Positions 1 to 13,485 of a DNA stretch of 64,000 nt are shown piece after piece. Origin of the DNA: Epithemia pelagica. Lineage: Eukaryota; Protista; Bacillariophyta. Below the pieces are notes generated by a model, which saw only the letters and a list, made by a program, of their open reading frames with translations, had not been told where the DNA came from and did no database searches. How positions within the stretch are numbered: position 1 is the first letter of the stretch; each line of letters opens with the position of its first letter. The DNA is taken from assembly GCA_946965045.2 (NCBI GenBank), contig OX337239.1, positions 1,674,001-1,738,000 on the forward strand, in the 5' to 3' direction. The position numbers were made by a program, and so were the translations under genes.

Positions 1-595
1 TGACAACACTGGTATTTGGTATCGATATGGAAGCACGGAAATTGAGACGGCGAAGTCACAAAGGCATGACGACAAGGAAAAAGGGGCTTGAGAGATTGGT
101 TTTTGAGGATTGGTGGGATTACGAGCCATTTTTCATATTTCGCAAGTGGGTCGGCGGCGGAGACCGGTTTTACGTGGCTTTCGGCACTTCCAGAGGACGG
201 ACGCGAGGATCATCGCGTCCGTCATTCATTCCTTTTGTACTTATGCTTCTTCCTGGCAACCATAGCTATACACGAAATAAACGTTATTCTCTATGCACAA
301 GACCATGTAGCTGCTGTACTTGGGGAGTCTGGAGAGCGACTTCTACGAAACAAAGAGAAGCGTCATGGTGAAAAGATGATATCAGCGACCTAACCGCCTT
401 TAATTCGGGAGCTATTGACGTCGTGCAATCTATGTTTGCTATGTGCTCTGAGCTCAAACTTTCTTTTGGGCCCTCGTTTTTTCATCGCCATGTCCTCGGC
501 GACGCTTCCTCCTTCGTTGCGTTTGTCGTTGGAGTATTCGATCAGAAACGAAAACTACGGCCCTTGTACTCAATCACTCGGATAGTTGTTGGACG

Positions 596-2738
596 ATGTC
601 GTCTTCTTCGTCGTCGCGGTTGTGGCTTCGCAAACCTACACACGGTAATGGTGGCAACTCCTCCTCCCAACCGATTCGGAACCTTGCAAGTCGATCCAAC
701 ACGTCATTTCAAAATCATCACTCCCCACAAAGTTCGAATTCAGTGCTAAGAAGAATGATAAAAGGCAAAGGAAATGGCGTGATGGTCGTGAAGTTCATCA
801 TGGTGGTACTGGTTTTGGTGGTGGGACTCTATTCTCTGGTATGGATTTGGTTCACCCATACAGGAGTCGCGTCATCATCATCATCATCATCTTCCACGGT
901 CACTCCGAACAATCTTCTCCACAAAACGAACATGCAAAACAACCACCGTATGATTGCTCCGACGAATGCTGCCCACAACAAGAGCAACACTCGTCGATTG
1001 GATGAATTCGCCACCACGGCCGACGGAGTCTTGTATCGACCTGGATCGCATTACCAATGTCAAAAACGCAGTGGCGCCTTTATTACGCTTCCCCGTGTGC
1101 CGTCTTTGCTGATTGTGGTGCGTACGTTTCACGACACGACCATGAAACCAGAAAGCACTTTACAACCCATCCAATCCCTTGCATCCGAAAGCATTCTCAA
1201 CACTGTGTGTCTTGTTTCGTATTGTCTCTCTTTGTCTTCTTATTTCCTACTTGCTTCTCTTCGTCGCTTGATCCTTTCGGTTCTTACGTAGGGCGTCCAA
1301 AAAGGCGGAACGACGGCCTTGAATTTTCTATTGAATCGTCACAAGAGATTGATTCGATCCAGTTTCTTTGAACCACATTTCTTTGATCAACATCCATCCA
1401 TTGCCAATCGACCCATTCGACAAGAACTGATGCAACTGAATCGGGTGGAACGGATGGAGCCGTCCAATCGTAGTACACTCACGACAGAAACAAACCCAAA
1501 GACAACCAATCAACCACCATCCCAACCCCGTGCACCCTTGTTTTACGAAACTCCACCCTTGATTTGTGATTTACGCGAAATTTATGCCACCTCCTGCTTT
1601 CCCTATTCTGACGTATGGAAACATCCTACCATGTTAACCTACGAAAAGACACCCTCCTACATTTTAATCGATGGAGCAGCCCAACTCATTCATACAATGG
1701 CACCCTGGGCCAAAATTATTGTATCTCTCCGAAATCCCATTGATCGGTGCGTATCCAAAATTTGTGTGTGTTGCAAATGGGGCGGAATTCTATTGCACAT
1801 AACATATCATGAAGTATACATGGACGGGGTTTTGTCTTGTACACGTGAACTTACTCACCTGTATCTTATTGTTCTTTGTTCTGTTTCACACCGATGTACT
1901 GTGTCCTCGCAGGGCCTTGTCCAATTACAAAATGAATGTCGAATTGCATCCTGAACGCATGATGAACAAGACCTTTGAAGAGGTATTGGCCAAGGACTTG
2001 GCCATTTTGCGAAGGAAAAAATTTGCCGTACCCGATGATGATCCCTTTCCCAAATATGATTTAGAATCGGACCTTGAACGAACGGCCATGGTACGAGAAC
2101 AAAAAGCCTGGGCTCGACGCATGCACAAAAGCAACGACGACAAAAACACGAGCAACCAGACGTTGACATCACGAGCCTTGTCCTCGCATCGCAAACCTAC
2201 CGGTAGTATTGACGCTCATTGGAAGTTTCAGAATTACATTTATCGAAGTCTCTATGTCGATCAATTACGACCCTGGTTGGAACGGGGATACGAATTGGGA
2301 AAGAACTTGTTGGTCTTCCGTTACGAACGTCTCAATGCCAATCCCAAAGAGGTTTTGACCGAGATTTTGGATTTTTTGCAAATCCCTGATCACGCCTTTC
2401 AAGCCGAACAATTGGCCAAATCGTACAGTCCCAATTATTGGTTGCGACTCAACAAGGGCAAGAAACGAAAGAACGGAAGACGCCAGAGGCTACAAATGGC
2501 CCTGGATCAGATCCAAAATCCCAACTCGAAAAAGACATTCAAACAGGAAGAACCACAAAAGGAGGAGGAAGAGGAAAAGGAAATGCCTGTTCTTCCGCCA
2601 CCTCCCCCAGTTGTGTTCCGAAATGAGACACGAGCCTTTTTGAAAAGACTGTTTGAACCTTACAATCAACAATTGGCAGAGCTGCTGGGCAATGATGAAT
2701 GGAAACGAGTATGGGACGAAGAATCTTCACGGTATTGA
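596..2738 (+). CDS. Type II membrane PAPS-dependent sulfotransferase (heparan-sulfate-sulfotransferase-like), 3 exons
   Basis: TM segment near the N-terminus. Removing GT-AG intron 1118-1291 builds the 5'-PSB motif LLIV-GVQKGGTTAL. Removing intron 1747-1911 builds the 3'-PB motif SLRNPIDR-ALSNY. The C-terminal YRSLYVDQL..W / FRYERL / LFEPYNQQL segments are typical. The start could instead be the ATG at 755. Confidence 0.85.
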
Positions 2739-3430
2739 AATGGACCAAGGGAGCCGTTTGTCGAAAGGTCGAAACTCCTTTCTCCTTCTGTTTGCAGCAA
2801 TGGCCGTCATCATGACACACAGAACATGTGTTTGCGCAGTGTCCTGCCTGGGTAAGTTGGAATGTTGACTTGATCGACCTGAATTGGATGTAAAGTACCA
2901 AATCCAGTCTTTCATAGGCCACGTGCCCCTCGGCGAGACTTCTCTTGCATGGTCCGCTCAGCAGTTGTTGTCGTTTCATCGCCGGATGCACGCCAAAACA
3001 ATGTTTCTACATTGGCCGTCCATACGCTTTGTTACATTCGATCAATTAACAACGCGGGTGCTTGACCAAATGTGCCATTATTGTTAGACTAAGATTGTAG
3101 GTGTTTTCTTCATCCTGCCTTCTCTCATGGTAGAGTATCGACGAAGCGCCTTCATGAGCATATAGTTGGCGTTCTCCCAGTGGATAAGACGACAAGAAAA
3201 AGAAGAAATGGAGACACCAAAGAAGTCCATCACATAAGGACTTGTTGGTGCCGCCAAGTGTTCAAAAAATTCCTTCGCTGATGCATTCTATCAGAAGCAT
3301 GTGCATTACCATTGTAGAAGAATGAAGCAGCGAGCTCTTGCTTTCTGTGTGGATGGATGGAAATTGGCATGTAAAACATGAAAGGAAACTCTCTTGTTTG
3401 TTGTTGTGGTAACCATTTGGGTCTTGATTG

Positions 3431-4510
3431 TTATTCAGAATCCTTGTCATTAGGCGGACTCGCAAGAACACTGGCTTGTGTATCTTCCATAGATTGTTCC
3501 AACGAATGGTTGTGTCCTCCGTCGGAGGAATCGAGGGATGTATCATGGCTCGTCGTTGCGGTGGAATCACTGTTCAGGGTCACGTCCATTTCCTTTTCGT
3601 CGTCCAGTGTAAGATCGTTCTTGTCTGTCAGATGGTTGGCGATTTCTTGGTCAGGTTCCAGATCGAGTTGCAAATCATACAAATCGGCCAAGGACAATTC
3701 TTGATCCATTCTGGCGTGCATCATTCTCTGTGCCATCATCATCGTATGTTTGTTCCGACTCGTGCTACGCACAGATCGAGTGGTCCGTGGAGGACGACGT
3801 CGGTTCCGTTGGGGACTGTAATACACATTGGACGTGGCTGTGATGGTGGATCGAGGAGGTCGTCGGGGCGCACCATCTGGAGGGCACAACGAAGGCGACA
3901 CGACTTCTGGTTGGACGGTACCCGTTCGAAAGGGGACCATCATGGTGCGCTGTGAGCGATAGTAAAAGCACTCCATATCGTCCGCGTGATTCATGGGATC
4001 AATTCCTTTTTCTTGCCGATCAGAGTGGTCTGGACGAGAGGATTGGGTTGAGGTACCACACGATTTGGTGCGGCTTCCTGGCTGGTTGCGATACAAACCG
4101 GAACCTCGCCGAGCCCGATACATAATAAGGACTGCCACCAAGGCCATGCAACGCGTTGCTACAATGACAAGAATGACCACCGACAGTTTGAGACCCAGCG
4201 AAGACGAGGAATCCTCTTGCGACAGGTCGTTGTCGCCATTGGGATTGGAAAGCATTTCAGAAAAGGACATGGAGGACGGAGATTTGTCAGCTGGTGTTGT
4301 GCTGGGGGCAACCGTGGGAATCAGAGAAGGAGAGGGAAACGCCTCGGTTGAGTCTTTGGTCTCTCCAACGTTTCGAGAACTGGATCGGAGACGGAGTTGA
4401 GATGAGCCCACTTGATGTTCATTGTGAGCGAGAGAGGTCGTTGAAGCAGATGTATGAAGCACAATCATGAACAGAATCAACAGCAGTGACATTCGTTGCA
4501 GAATCATCAT
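3431..4510 (-). CDS. Hypothetical single-pass membrane protein (signal peptide, Ser/Thr-rich ectodomain, TM, disordered tail)
   Basis: 359-aa ORF with a hydrophobic N-terminus and a TM segment (LSVVILVIVATRCMALVAVLIMY). Confidence 0.65.
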   Translation of the reverse strand: MMILQRMSLLLILFMIVLHTSASTTSLAHNEHQVGSSQLRLRSSSRNVGETKDSTEAFPSPSLIPTVAPSTTPADKSPSSMSFSEMLSNPNGDNDLSQEDSSSSLGLKLSVVILVIVATRCMALVAVLIMYRARRGSGLYRNQPGSRTKSCGTSTQSSRPDHSDRQEKGIDPMNHADDMECFYYRSQRTMMVPFRTGTVQPEVVSPSLCPPDGAPRRPPRSTITATSNVYYSPQRNRRRPPRTTRSVRSTSRNKHTMMMAQRMMHARMDQELSLADLYDLQLDLEPDQEIANHLTDKNDLTLDDEKEMDVTLNSDSTATTSHDTSLDSSDGGHNHSLEQSMEDTQASVLASPPNDKDSE

Positions 4511-5351
4511 GGTTCTTTCCTTCTTTCGATGCTAACGAAACTTGTGAATGGTCAGGTCCCTAGCTCTCAAACTCAAATCTCTTCAGGTACAACAAAAGGA
4601 GTTGGAGAAGAAAGTATGGCGTAGAATAAAATGAGACTCAATGGAGAAAGATTGGACGGAACTGAACCTCTTGGGTATGCCACAAGAATCGACGCATGTG
4701 TGTATTCACGTAATGAGAAAAATGAGGACGTCCCCCAAGACCAAGGTTCACGCCGGCGTTGTCCCATCCAATTCTCGTCCAACCGTTGATTATTATCATT
4801 CGCATTGAAACGTCTCCGAAATTTGCGCGCCAGTAGAAGACGCGCGGCGAGCAATCGATGAAGAGCTGTCTGTTGGCCATCATGAACTCGCAAACCGTCG
4901 GATTTGGGAAGTCGGAAGAGAACTATTGTGATAGGATCCCACAAGCTAAGGCTATGCAGCATGTTTAGTATCGGACAAAAGATACGTGAGACTGACCATT
5001 TCGTTGCTTCTTTGCGGACCCAATGATGGTAGTTGCGCTGTGTGTGGCACGTACGTCAAGGGAGCGCTTTTAATAGACTTGTAACTTGTAACATTTCTTT
5101 TCTCTGTATAGCTTTAGCTAGTATTCGTCTGGTCAGTGATTCTAGGAACTCACAATGGAACTTTATCGGTCTCATGGATTCTTTGTACGTATGCGCTCCA
5201 AGTTTCCGTGCGAATTATGGTTGGTCCAGTTTCTTCCAACTCTATCTCTTCGATTCCTGTTGTTCGAATGACAGTGGGCTTGTACTGGTGATGCACAGAC
5301 TGGCGGTACCAACAAAAACGGCAATCGCTTCCGTGGGTTGGATTCCCAGCA

Positions 5352-8300
5352 TTAGACATCGTACCAAAGGTCATCTTCACTGTTGTCGTCACTCTCATCA
5401 TGGCCATGTTCGTTTCGTACTACCATTGGATGTGCACTGCAAGTATACATGCTCATGGCGGAGGAAGAGGACGACGCCACGGACTGTTGATCGTCCAAAC
5501 CATGGCCTTGCATTGGTGGTGGAAGTGATGGACGTGGCTTGGGTCCCAGCCATGGGAGCTTATGAATGACCAAGAATTCCGACAATCGGTTGTTGTTACT
5601 TTCCTTCTGTAAAGATTTTTGGACGGTGTGGTGGGTGTCGTCATGGCCGTCGATTGAGAAATCGCTCGTTTCCGACAAGGAGTCGGACGACTCACTGTGC
5701 GTCGTATCGTGATGAGAGGGATCCTTAGTGGTGGAGAGACTGCGTCGGGATCCCGACTCGTCCACAAAGGATGAGGAGGATGAGAATACAATTTTCCGGG
5801 GGCGCCAATAATAGACAATCGCGATTGCCGTCAATGGAATCAACGCCAGGCAAAGACTGACAGGAATCTTCCACGAGCTTGAACCACCATCGTCAGAACT
5901 TTTGACACTACCCGTGTTGAGTAAGGCGTTGTTGTTTGAGTCCGTTTCATCGTCGTTGTCTATGATCACAAGGGTGGGATTGGCACTGAGGGTAGGGCCT
6001 GTCGATGGTCTTTTGGATACGGTAGGCGTACCACTGGGATCAAAGGAAGGAACCAATGTGGAGTAGTCACCAAAGGATGGTGTCGCAGTAAGAGGCAGTG
6101 ATACGGGTGCTATTGTCGGTTGTCCACTTGGTTGGTACGAAGGCGCACTGGAAGGGGTGACGGACGGTGAAGCGGTGGGATTCCTTGTCGGTGACGTCGA
6201 AGGGATAGTGGGGACAAGTGTAATTGTTGGACCACTGGTGGGAGGATTGGTCGGTTCAACGGGAGCATGAGTAGGATCAAAGGTGGGTGTCACCGATGGT
6301 GTCGTGGTTGGATTAGCCGAAGGCATGACGGAGGGTGACCCAGTTGGAGGCGGACACAGTGTGGCATTGCCGTCCAGAGTGATGCTGACCAGAAGACGAT
6401 CGGGCCGAGTCGCATTGACTTGGTTGTTGTTGTTGTTCGGATTATGATCCACGGCACATACTTGAAACGACACGACCACATCGGATCCATCCAATAAGGT
6501 AAAGTTTGTCGTTCCATTGGGATCCTCCGCAAAGACATTGGGGGGATCAGGAGGGTAGAGCCCAGCCAATAATCGTGTCTTGTCGCGTTCCCCTCGAATG
6601 ACAGTCAAGGCATTGGCGTATTCCTCTGTACCAATGTTGTGTTTCGTGGCCCGATTGTATTGGAGATACAAGTCTCCCACCTTGACAATGACATATTCTT
6701 CGTCGCCGCTTGAGAGAACCAAGTCATAGTCGACAAAGGCGGCCACCCATACGAGTTGCGATTCTACCAATAATTGTTCGGGATTCAGATCCAGCGTATG
6801 TGGAGCAAACCAACCTAGCTGGTAGTGGTCATGTGCATTGAAACATTTTTGCGGTATTTCCGTTTCCTTTGGTGCGCCACCCATGTAGCCCGTCTGAGTG
6901 AACCAAGCAACATCAAAAAGTCAAAAGACGTGAGGGAACAGCATTTGCAAACAACCAAAATACACCGAACAAGTGCATCTAGGCACATGACGTACCCGTC
7001 CGCCGTATTCATTGCCATCTTCAAAGGAATGACGCAATCCCAGATTGTGTCCAATTTCATGAAGGACAGCGCCCAAATAGGCACCCCATTTGTCGTTGAA
7101 GGTGGACTGCCAAGTTGAGGAACAAAAAATAATCAAAACAAACAAAAGAAAGAGCATTTCGGTTGTTCAGAGACGCACAGACTGTCAACGCAAGGGCATG
7201 GAAAAACATTCATCACACGGACACTATTCGCATGGGCGAAAGCATTTGGTTTGGTTTCGTACCTGCTTGCCATTGACGGTTGCATAGGCGGCCCAATCCC
7301 CGGTCCCTGGTGGCAGTACAAACAGTAGCAAGTCGGTCGAAGCCCGTACATTGGTAATGGCACCTTCCGTGGTGGTTTGGTTGGACAAGGCCCTATTGCT
7401 ATAATAAGCATTGGCGGCCGCTTCGGCCAAATTCACCAATTCATTAGGTTTGGCACCCACGACGGTTGTGTTGGGCAAGGATACATCCAATACACCGCCG
7501 CCGCCGTCGCCATCGTCCTGATCAAATTCCTCCAAGGTCAATTGACCAAAGGAACACAATTCGAGTTGCCGTTTCGGATTGGCCACGGGCGAATCAAACA
7601 AGAAGTCCTTCAATTCGGATGCCGTAAAGGTGGGTGTCGAATCATTGGTTGAGACACGAATCATTAGTGTCTTTAGGCGACCCGTGGACTGTGGTCGACG
7701 CAATTGACGATGAGATGGAGTTATCGTCGTTGGCGCAGCACTTTGTGTCGAATCGGACAGAGAGTGACGAATGGCCTGCTCCAGAGAAGAACCACTTTCC
7801 TTCCATTCCACGACCTGAACTTGATGTGGATCGGGAATCCAAATGCGACTGGAATGGATCTGTCCCTGTGGAATGCGAAGCAACAGGAGGAGATTATTGT
7901 CATTTGTGCTCGCCTCCGACTGTGCAGAAATGAGCTGATGCACAATGTGGGACGGAATGGTTTGCAAATCTAGTGGAAACGAACCTGCAATCCTGGGATT
8001 CGATCCACCCTCCTCCTTGTTGGACCAAACCACGAGATTGCACATCCAAACTGTAGTGTTCTCAGTTTCCTCATTGTGGCTCGGTAACAGATGGACGGAC
8101 TGTTGCACGAAACACAAGAGTGGCGATGATGATGATGAAGTGCGATTTTGGTCGTTGATAAACGTAGAATTCTCCAGAGTCCTCTTGTGGGGTCTCAATA
8201 GTGTCCGTCTCTGATTGTCCCAAGTTGAAGCAACAACCGAATCATCATCATGCTTGGCGGAACCAGGGACAGTGTCCTGTTCCTTGTCACTCCAGTCCAA

Positions 8301-8477
8301 CTCGAAATGGACCTGGACTGGGTCGTCATCAAGGCCGTCGCCATCACTCATGCCGGAGGAAATTGTGGAGGAAACGAGGGCAACGAGTTGAGCTCGCGCC
8401 AGAAACGGATGATTATTCTGTGTGCCAGTGCCATGGAGTAGTCCAATCAGAAGCAACAGAAATTGAAGCGAAGCCAT
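5352..8477 (-). CDS. Secreted/membrane-anchored metzincin, peptidase M11 (gametolysin-like), with Pro/Thr/Ser stalk and TM, 3 exons
   Basis: Signal peptide. Intron 7262-7107 joins NGKQ-STFNDKWG. Zinc motif HEIGHNLGLRH. A second intron joins EYGGR-TGYMG (Met-turn-like). CFNA..YQLGW, TxSPS/PT repeats, TM and cytosolic tail follow. Confidence 0.85.
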
Positions 8478-8955
8478 GTCTTGTGTGTTGTACCTCCTTC
8501 TCCTCAGAGTCGCCGCGAATCTGAATGGTCTTCTCGAGATGCCGTCAAACCAGAGAGTTTGGTTGGAAATAATGTTGGGGCACCTTTCTTTTTCTCGGGT
8601 GTCGTGTGAGTAAAAAGCGAGTGGGTTCAGTTGGAAGGTGGTCGTGTGGACGGAGCGGTACTTGGATCTACGCTGGATCTATGGGGCATAGTTTTAATGG
8701 AAGTATATGGAAAGCATAAATAATTGCCCCATCACGCCGGCCCAGGTCAACGGATGCATTGGTCGTTGATGCCCACAACCCACACAAGATTCCGCTGAAT
8801 TTGGGATCTTCATGAGAAAGGTGGCCAAGCCAAACATCCATCCTTGCCGTTTGAGGGTGCCAATTGCCAATACTCTGTTCTGTGGTCCACCTTTGGCTTG
8901 AAACGTCACGAACAAACATCGAAACAAAACCTTCCCTGAGTTTCTATACTCGTAG

Positions 8956-10703
8956 AAACATCAAGGGTACGAATCCAGGACGGCGGCCTGGGCTAGAGAG
9001 CTCGGTGGTTGCTGTCTTTTTGGGATAGGAGGTACTCTACCCAGTGTACCATGGATCTTTCCCCATTTTATACCAGATGCCAAACGGGGCAATAACTTTA
9101 GTCCAGTCGATATTGTGTTTTATCAACGAACACAACATGGTCTCAAGGATGAAGGGGAACAACATCTGGGGAATGATCCAGAACTCAACATTCAACGGCA
9201 TTTCACCTTGGCAACACTTTTGGGGAGCAGTCAACAAATCAAGCAACAAAGTGTCATCCAAAGTGCGTCATCATCGTCGTCGCTTTTACGACAACCCTGG
9301 GAAGATCCAACTCAACCCGTATTCGCGGGCACTTTCGATGGCTTTCTGGAATTAGTAAGCAGTGGGAGAATCCAAGTGGAACCCGGTTATTTGGAGGGGT
9401 GCAATGAAGAAGGGGATTTGCTTATTAGTAGTACCAAGTCAACAGAGGAGAACAATCTTGGAAACAAAACGGTACGGACTTTGTCGGGAGTCGAAACCCT
9501 TATTTCCGCAACAGGATATTACACCAACCTGAACTTTCTGGATGGCGACACCATTCTCAAGAGATTGGAATACGAACCACAAAAGAAATTCATGCCAGTT
9601 CTCTTGTGTCATGATGTGTATCATCCCAATCTTCCTGGGTTGGCCTTTGTCGGCATGTATCGGGGACCCTATTTCGCTGTAATGGAGTTGCAAGCTCGCT
9701 TGGCGGCTTCCCAATTGGCAATACACCTCTTGAAGAAAGAAAAACACGATGAGGCACAGTCAGGAGATGACTACCTTGTCAACAAAGACGAGAATCAAAT
9801 GGCAGACGATGCTGCTCTTTTAAACGTGTCGAAACGTATTCGAGAGCAGCAGCCACAACCACAATTTCCACGCAGTGACTATGTTGGTCGCTTGGATCCC
9901 CTTGTGTCCAAATTGCGACAACTGGACGACAAGTGGAATTGTCATCACGGGAAAACGATGGCCCATGGTCTTCATGGCTTGGGTGACGACGCACCTCATT
10001 TCCGTTCCATGGGAGACATGGTCCTACCGGTCATGTATCAACCAGACTTGTCCTTGGCACAAGCAGTTCTCTCTGACATGGAAGAGAATCTTGAAGGTGC
10101 CGCCAACAGCCCCATCACATTACGTCGACACTCTTGACCGCATTAGTTGGGAAATGGGCCTTTCAGCGCGCCTTAACGCCAGTGGGGGAAAAGGACGGAA
10201 CTGGCCTGCAAGTTGGCACATCCCAGTCGGTATCTGGAACGGTCGAATTTTCCTTGCGACGACCCGAATCTCAGAGTTCCACCGATGGCAAGGCAGAGGA
10301 AAAGGATTTTCTCTTGTACCGAGAAGACGGTTTCATGGAAATGCGTACTGGAAAGAAGATGGAAGTTTTTCGAGAGTATCATTACATGAGAAACCCAGCA
10401 TCCGGTGCAATGGAACTGTATTTTGTGGAGGATGGAAAACGAGCCCATCAGTTTTTGAGTCTATTGTTTGAACAAGACGAGGCGAATGTGGATACTTCGG
10501 CGGATGACATGGCATTCTAGAATGATGAACCTGTGGTATGGAAAGCGAAATCCAATCATTTGTGTGTCAAGGATATGTACAATGCGAACTTTCGAATTGA
10601 ATTGGACTGCTTGGTCGCTAAACGTGTGCAAATGGAATATGCGGTCAAAGGTCCAGCCAAAGACTACGTTTCCCGGACCATTCTGACACCCAGCGTCAGC
10701 TAA
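8956..10703 (+). pseudogene. Disrupted flavin monooxygenase-like gene fused to a DUF6314-like C-terminal domain
   Basis: FMO C-half motifs (LISATGY, LAFVGMYRGPYFAVMELQAR). No N-terminal GxGxxG region is visible upstream. There is a frameshift between 10095 and 10134 and an in-frame TAG at 10518-10520. After the TAG the frame continues with HLCVKDMY and VKGPAKDYVSRT to a TAA at 10701-10703. Confidence 0.7.
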
Positions 10704-11111
10704 GGAAGGATGCTGAGAATATACCAGTGGCGAACCTAAGACTATGACTGTAACATTTTTGTTTGACTACACTGTGTCCATTCATTCGTCGATGAATGTT
10801 GACAGTTGGCAGCCCGACTGTCATGTGCATTATCGGCTCATTTTTTGCTGTCGTTCGTCTACACGCAGCATCTTTCGAAAAACGAGAATTCTCCATAGCT
10901 TATTCGCTTCAATGTCTGACTATAAAATTTAATCATTCTCACTTTACTGCTACATGAATCATGCTTCTAAGAGACTTGACAATTCAAAACGAGAGCGTAA
11001 TAATATTTCACAAAACGCGATTCTACGATGTAGATGCGGAGCGCTCTTCCTCGACAAAATACTGCTTCATGTGGATCGTGGTTTGCTACGAAGCCCATGC
11101 GAAGCATTGGC

Positions 11112-12239
11112 TTACAATGACTTCTTCTTTGCACTTTTCAAAAGAACAATGGTTTCATCGTCATTTTCCAGTAAGTTCGGTTCCACGTTCTCTTTCTCGA
11201 AAGACATGCTTCGTCGGACCGGATGTCCCATGGTTTCAGAGAGAGACACCATATCAATGGAACCCCCCAAAACACTGTAGTCCATATTCTTGGGTGTCAA
11301 GGGGCATTCCTTTGCTGTAAGCTCCATAAGCTTTTGACATAAGACACCCATATCCAAGTCATTCGAGGTCTCATCGACCATCAATGGTTCGACCGGACTG
11401 GCAGGATAAATGTTGCTTGCTCTCTGTTTATCTTCTCCTAGTCGCTCAACAGACGTGAGGGGTGAAAACAAAAAGGAACGACTCATTTGTTCGTGAGTGT
11501 GGATGAGAGATTCTTCCATGGCGGCTTGGACTTGGCCTTCGCTCCAACGGCAATGGTCGACCGGACTGGCAGGATAAATGTTGCTTGCTCTCGGTTTATC
11601 TTCTCCTAGTCGCTCAACAGACGTGAGGGGTGAAAACAAAAAGGAACGACTCATTTGTTCGGGAGTGTGGATGAGAGATTCTTCCATGGCGGCTTGGACT
11701 TGGCCTTCGCTCCAACGGCAAGAGGTAGCCGCAGAAAAGGGTGAACAATTTCCTCGAATGTATGGAGGAATGGGCCCAAAGGGCCAAAACTTGTCCGGAG
11801 GTGTGGAAACAATTGAAACGTTTTCCAGCGACATGCAGGATGGTGAAAATACTCCCTCGTATTCCGCTGTGAAGGGAGACAAGAGATCTCTTTCATAAGG
11901 AGGAGGACTCCTCTGTTCTTGGGTGGCATCCAAGAATGGAGCAATATCTTGCGTCCAGTCTGCGGCTTTGTCTGGCTTGTTGGGATTGCCCTTCTTTTCT
12001 GGACTACCATGGAGAAACTTCTGAACCACCAAGCCCATGACAGCCGCGTCCATCTTGGACCCAGTCACTGTAGTGAAAACTGCATCTTTGTTAGTAGTTT
12101 CGTAAATCTTTCCTTTTGAAAGGAGCTTGGGAACAGGCTCAAATATATCCGGACGCGGGCAGTTTTCTGTCGTTTTGGTGTCACTCGTAGGCACAATCCA
12201 TGCCGTAGTCTGTGCCACCCTCCCGTTGTCAAGATTCAT
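11112..12239 (-). CDS. Hypothetical protein with a 56-aa internal tandem duplication (upstream exons possible)
   Basis: 375-aa ORF with a duplicated CRWSEGQVQAAMEESL...PASPV block. Confidence 0.6.
   Translation of the reverse strand: MNLDNGRVAQTTAWIVPTSDTKTTENCPRPDIFEPVPKLLSKGKIYETTNKDAVFTTVTGSKMDAAVMGLVVQKFLHGSPEKKGNPNKPDKAADWTQDIAPFLDATQEQRSPPPYERDLLSPFTAEYEGVFSPSCMSLENVSIVSTPPDKFWPFGPIPPYIRGNCSPFSAATSCRWSEGQVQAAMEESLIHTPEQMSRSFLFSPLTSVERLGEDKPRASNIYPASPVDHCRWSEGQVQAAMEESLIHTHEQMSRSFLFSPLTSVERLGEDKQRASNIYPASPVEPLMVDETSNDLDMGVLCQKLMELTAKECPLTPKNMDYSVLGGSIDMVSLSETMGHPVRRSMSFEKENVEPNLLENDDETIVLLKSAKKKSL
11389..11721. repeat. 168-bp tandem duplication (2 copies) inside a CDS
   Basis: GACCGGACTG occurs at 11391 and 11559, and the copies are near-identical up to 11553/11721. 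Confidence 0.95.
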
Positions 12240-13485
12240 CTCTCTTGTTGTATTTGTTTATTCTCGATAGACGTAGAATGCCTTTATAGGATGCCCCCCT
12301 TATAGGTAGACTGTAACGTGCAGCAACGAGACGAAGGATCCAATCGATGAAGCAAAGAGCACACGAGTTTTGTGTGTGTTGTGGGTGCATGTGGCTGAAG
12401 TTTTTCACCAATTCCTCATACAGGGTGGAGGTGAAACCCACCTCTTCTTCTTTTCATCTCGGAAAGAAAAAAGCCGGTGGATTGTCGTTTCCATTCTCCA
12501 TCGCCAAACATCCTCATCGTCAAGGTGACGAAGCACGACTCACGCTTCTGCACCTCCATTGATCCACACGAATGATCCTGATGGATTCCTTCCACCCCAG
12601 TCCTCTCCTTCCTGCTTCCTGCTACCACTCGGGGAACTGCGTCCAACACCATGGACAGGCCACCAATCATACTGCATGTATTTGTAGTTGGGTTCAATCA
12701 CCCCAAAACTCTTGTGTCCATATTCCATATTTGTGTAGATGTATGGAATGACTAGTGTCTCTTGACTCCATCGGTAGAGAGTCTCTTTTGTTTTTCATTC
12801 ACATTGTCGTTGTCTCTTCTCCTGTACTTCCCCTTGAGGGTAGACACACCGTTGGATTCGTCTTTGTTGATCCCCTCTGCATAAGGTTATCATGTTGCCG
12901 TCGATACCTATCGATTCGATCGGGTCTAGAGATGTTGGGCTTTTGCTTTGTTCTGTGGTCTGTGGAGAAAATGGTGGGAGAAATGGGTTCGGCGTGACAA
13001 GTAGGTGCCGGCTCGATAGAGGGCTCGGCATCCTCGAGTGCGCCATGGCAAGGCGACGAACGAGGGACACGTACACTGTACAGACACGTCATGCAAGAAA
13101 ACAGATTGAAGATATGCTGATGTCATCAAGAGAACAGACAGTGGCAGCCGAACACATCTTTTCCATTTTTCTCATTCATCTCTTTCCCTTTCCTCAACAA
13201 CTGAGTGGATCACACAAGACAACGTGCTCCTTGTTGTTGATCCACCCTCTTTTCCATTAAAGGTCTTTCCCCTTGCTGCTGACTTTCCAAAATCAAGGCA
13301 GGTTTGATCATACAGCACAGCGAGAAAAGCTCAGCTAGACAGCACAGGTGTTGGTTCGGATTGAGTGACCCGTTCCCACGGATACTCAAACGTGAGAGGA
13401 GCAAGATTGTGGTGAATCCATAAAATTCAGTGTTCCATCCTTCTTCGCATATTTTAGTACGAACTCATACTGCAACAGGACGACA

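Noticed and set aside
2539-3200. Possible decayed gene on the minus strand overlapping the sulfotransferase 3' end
   Set aside because: The frame is broken by stops and has no recognisable motif.
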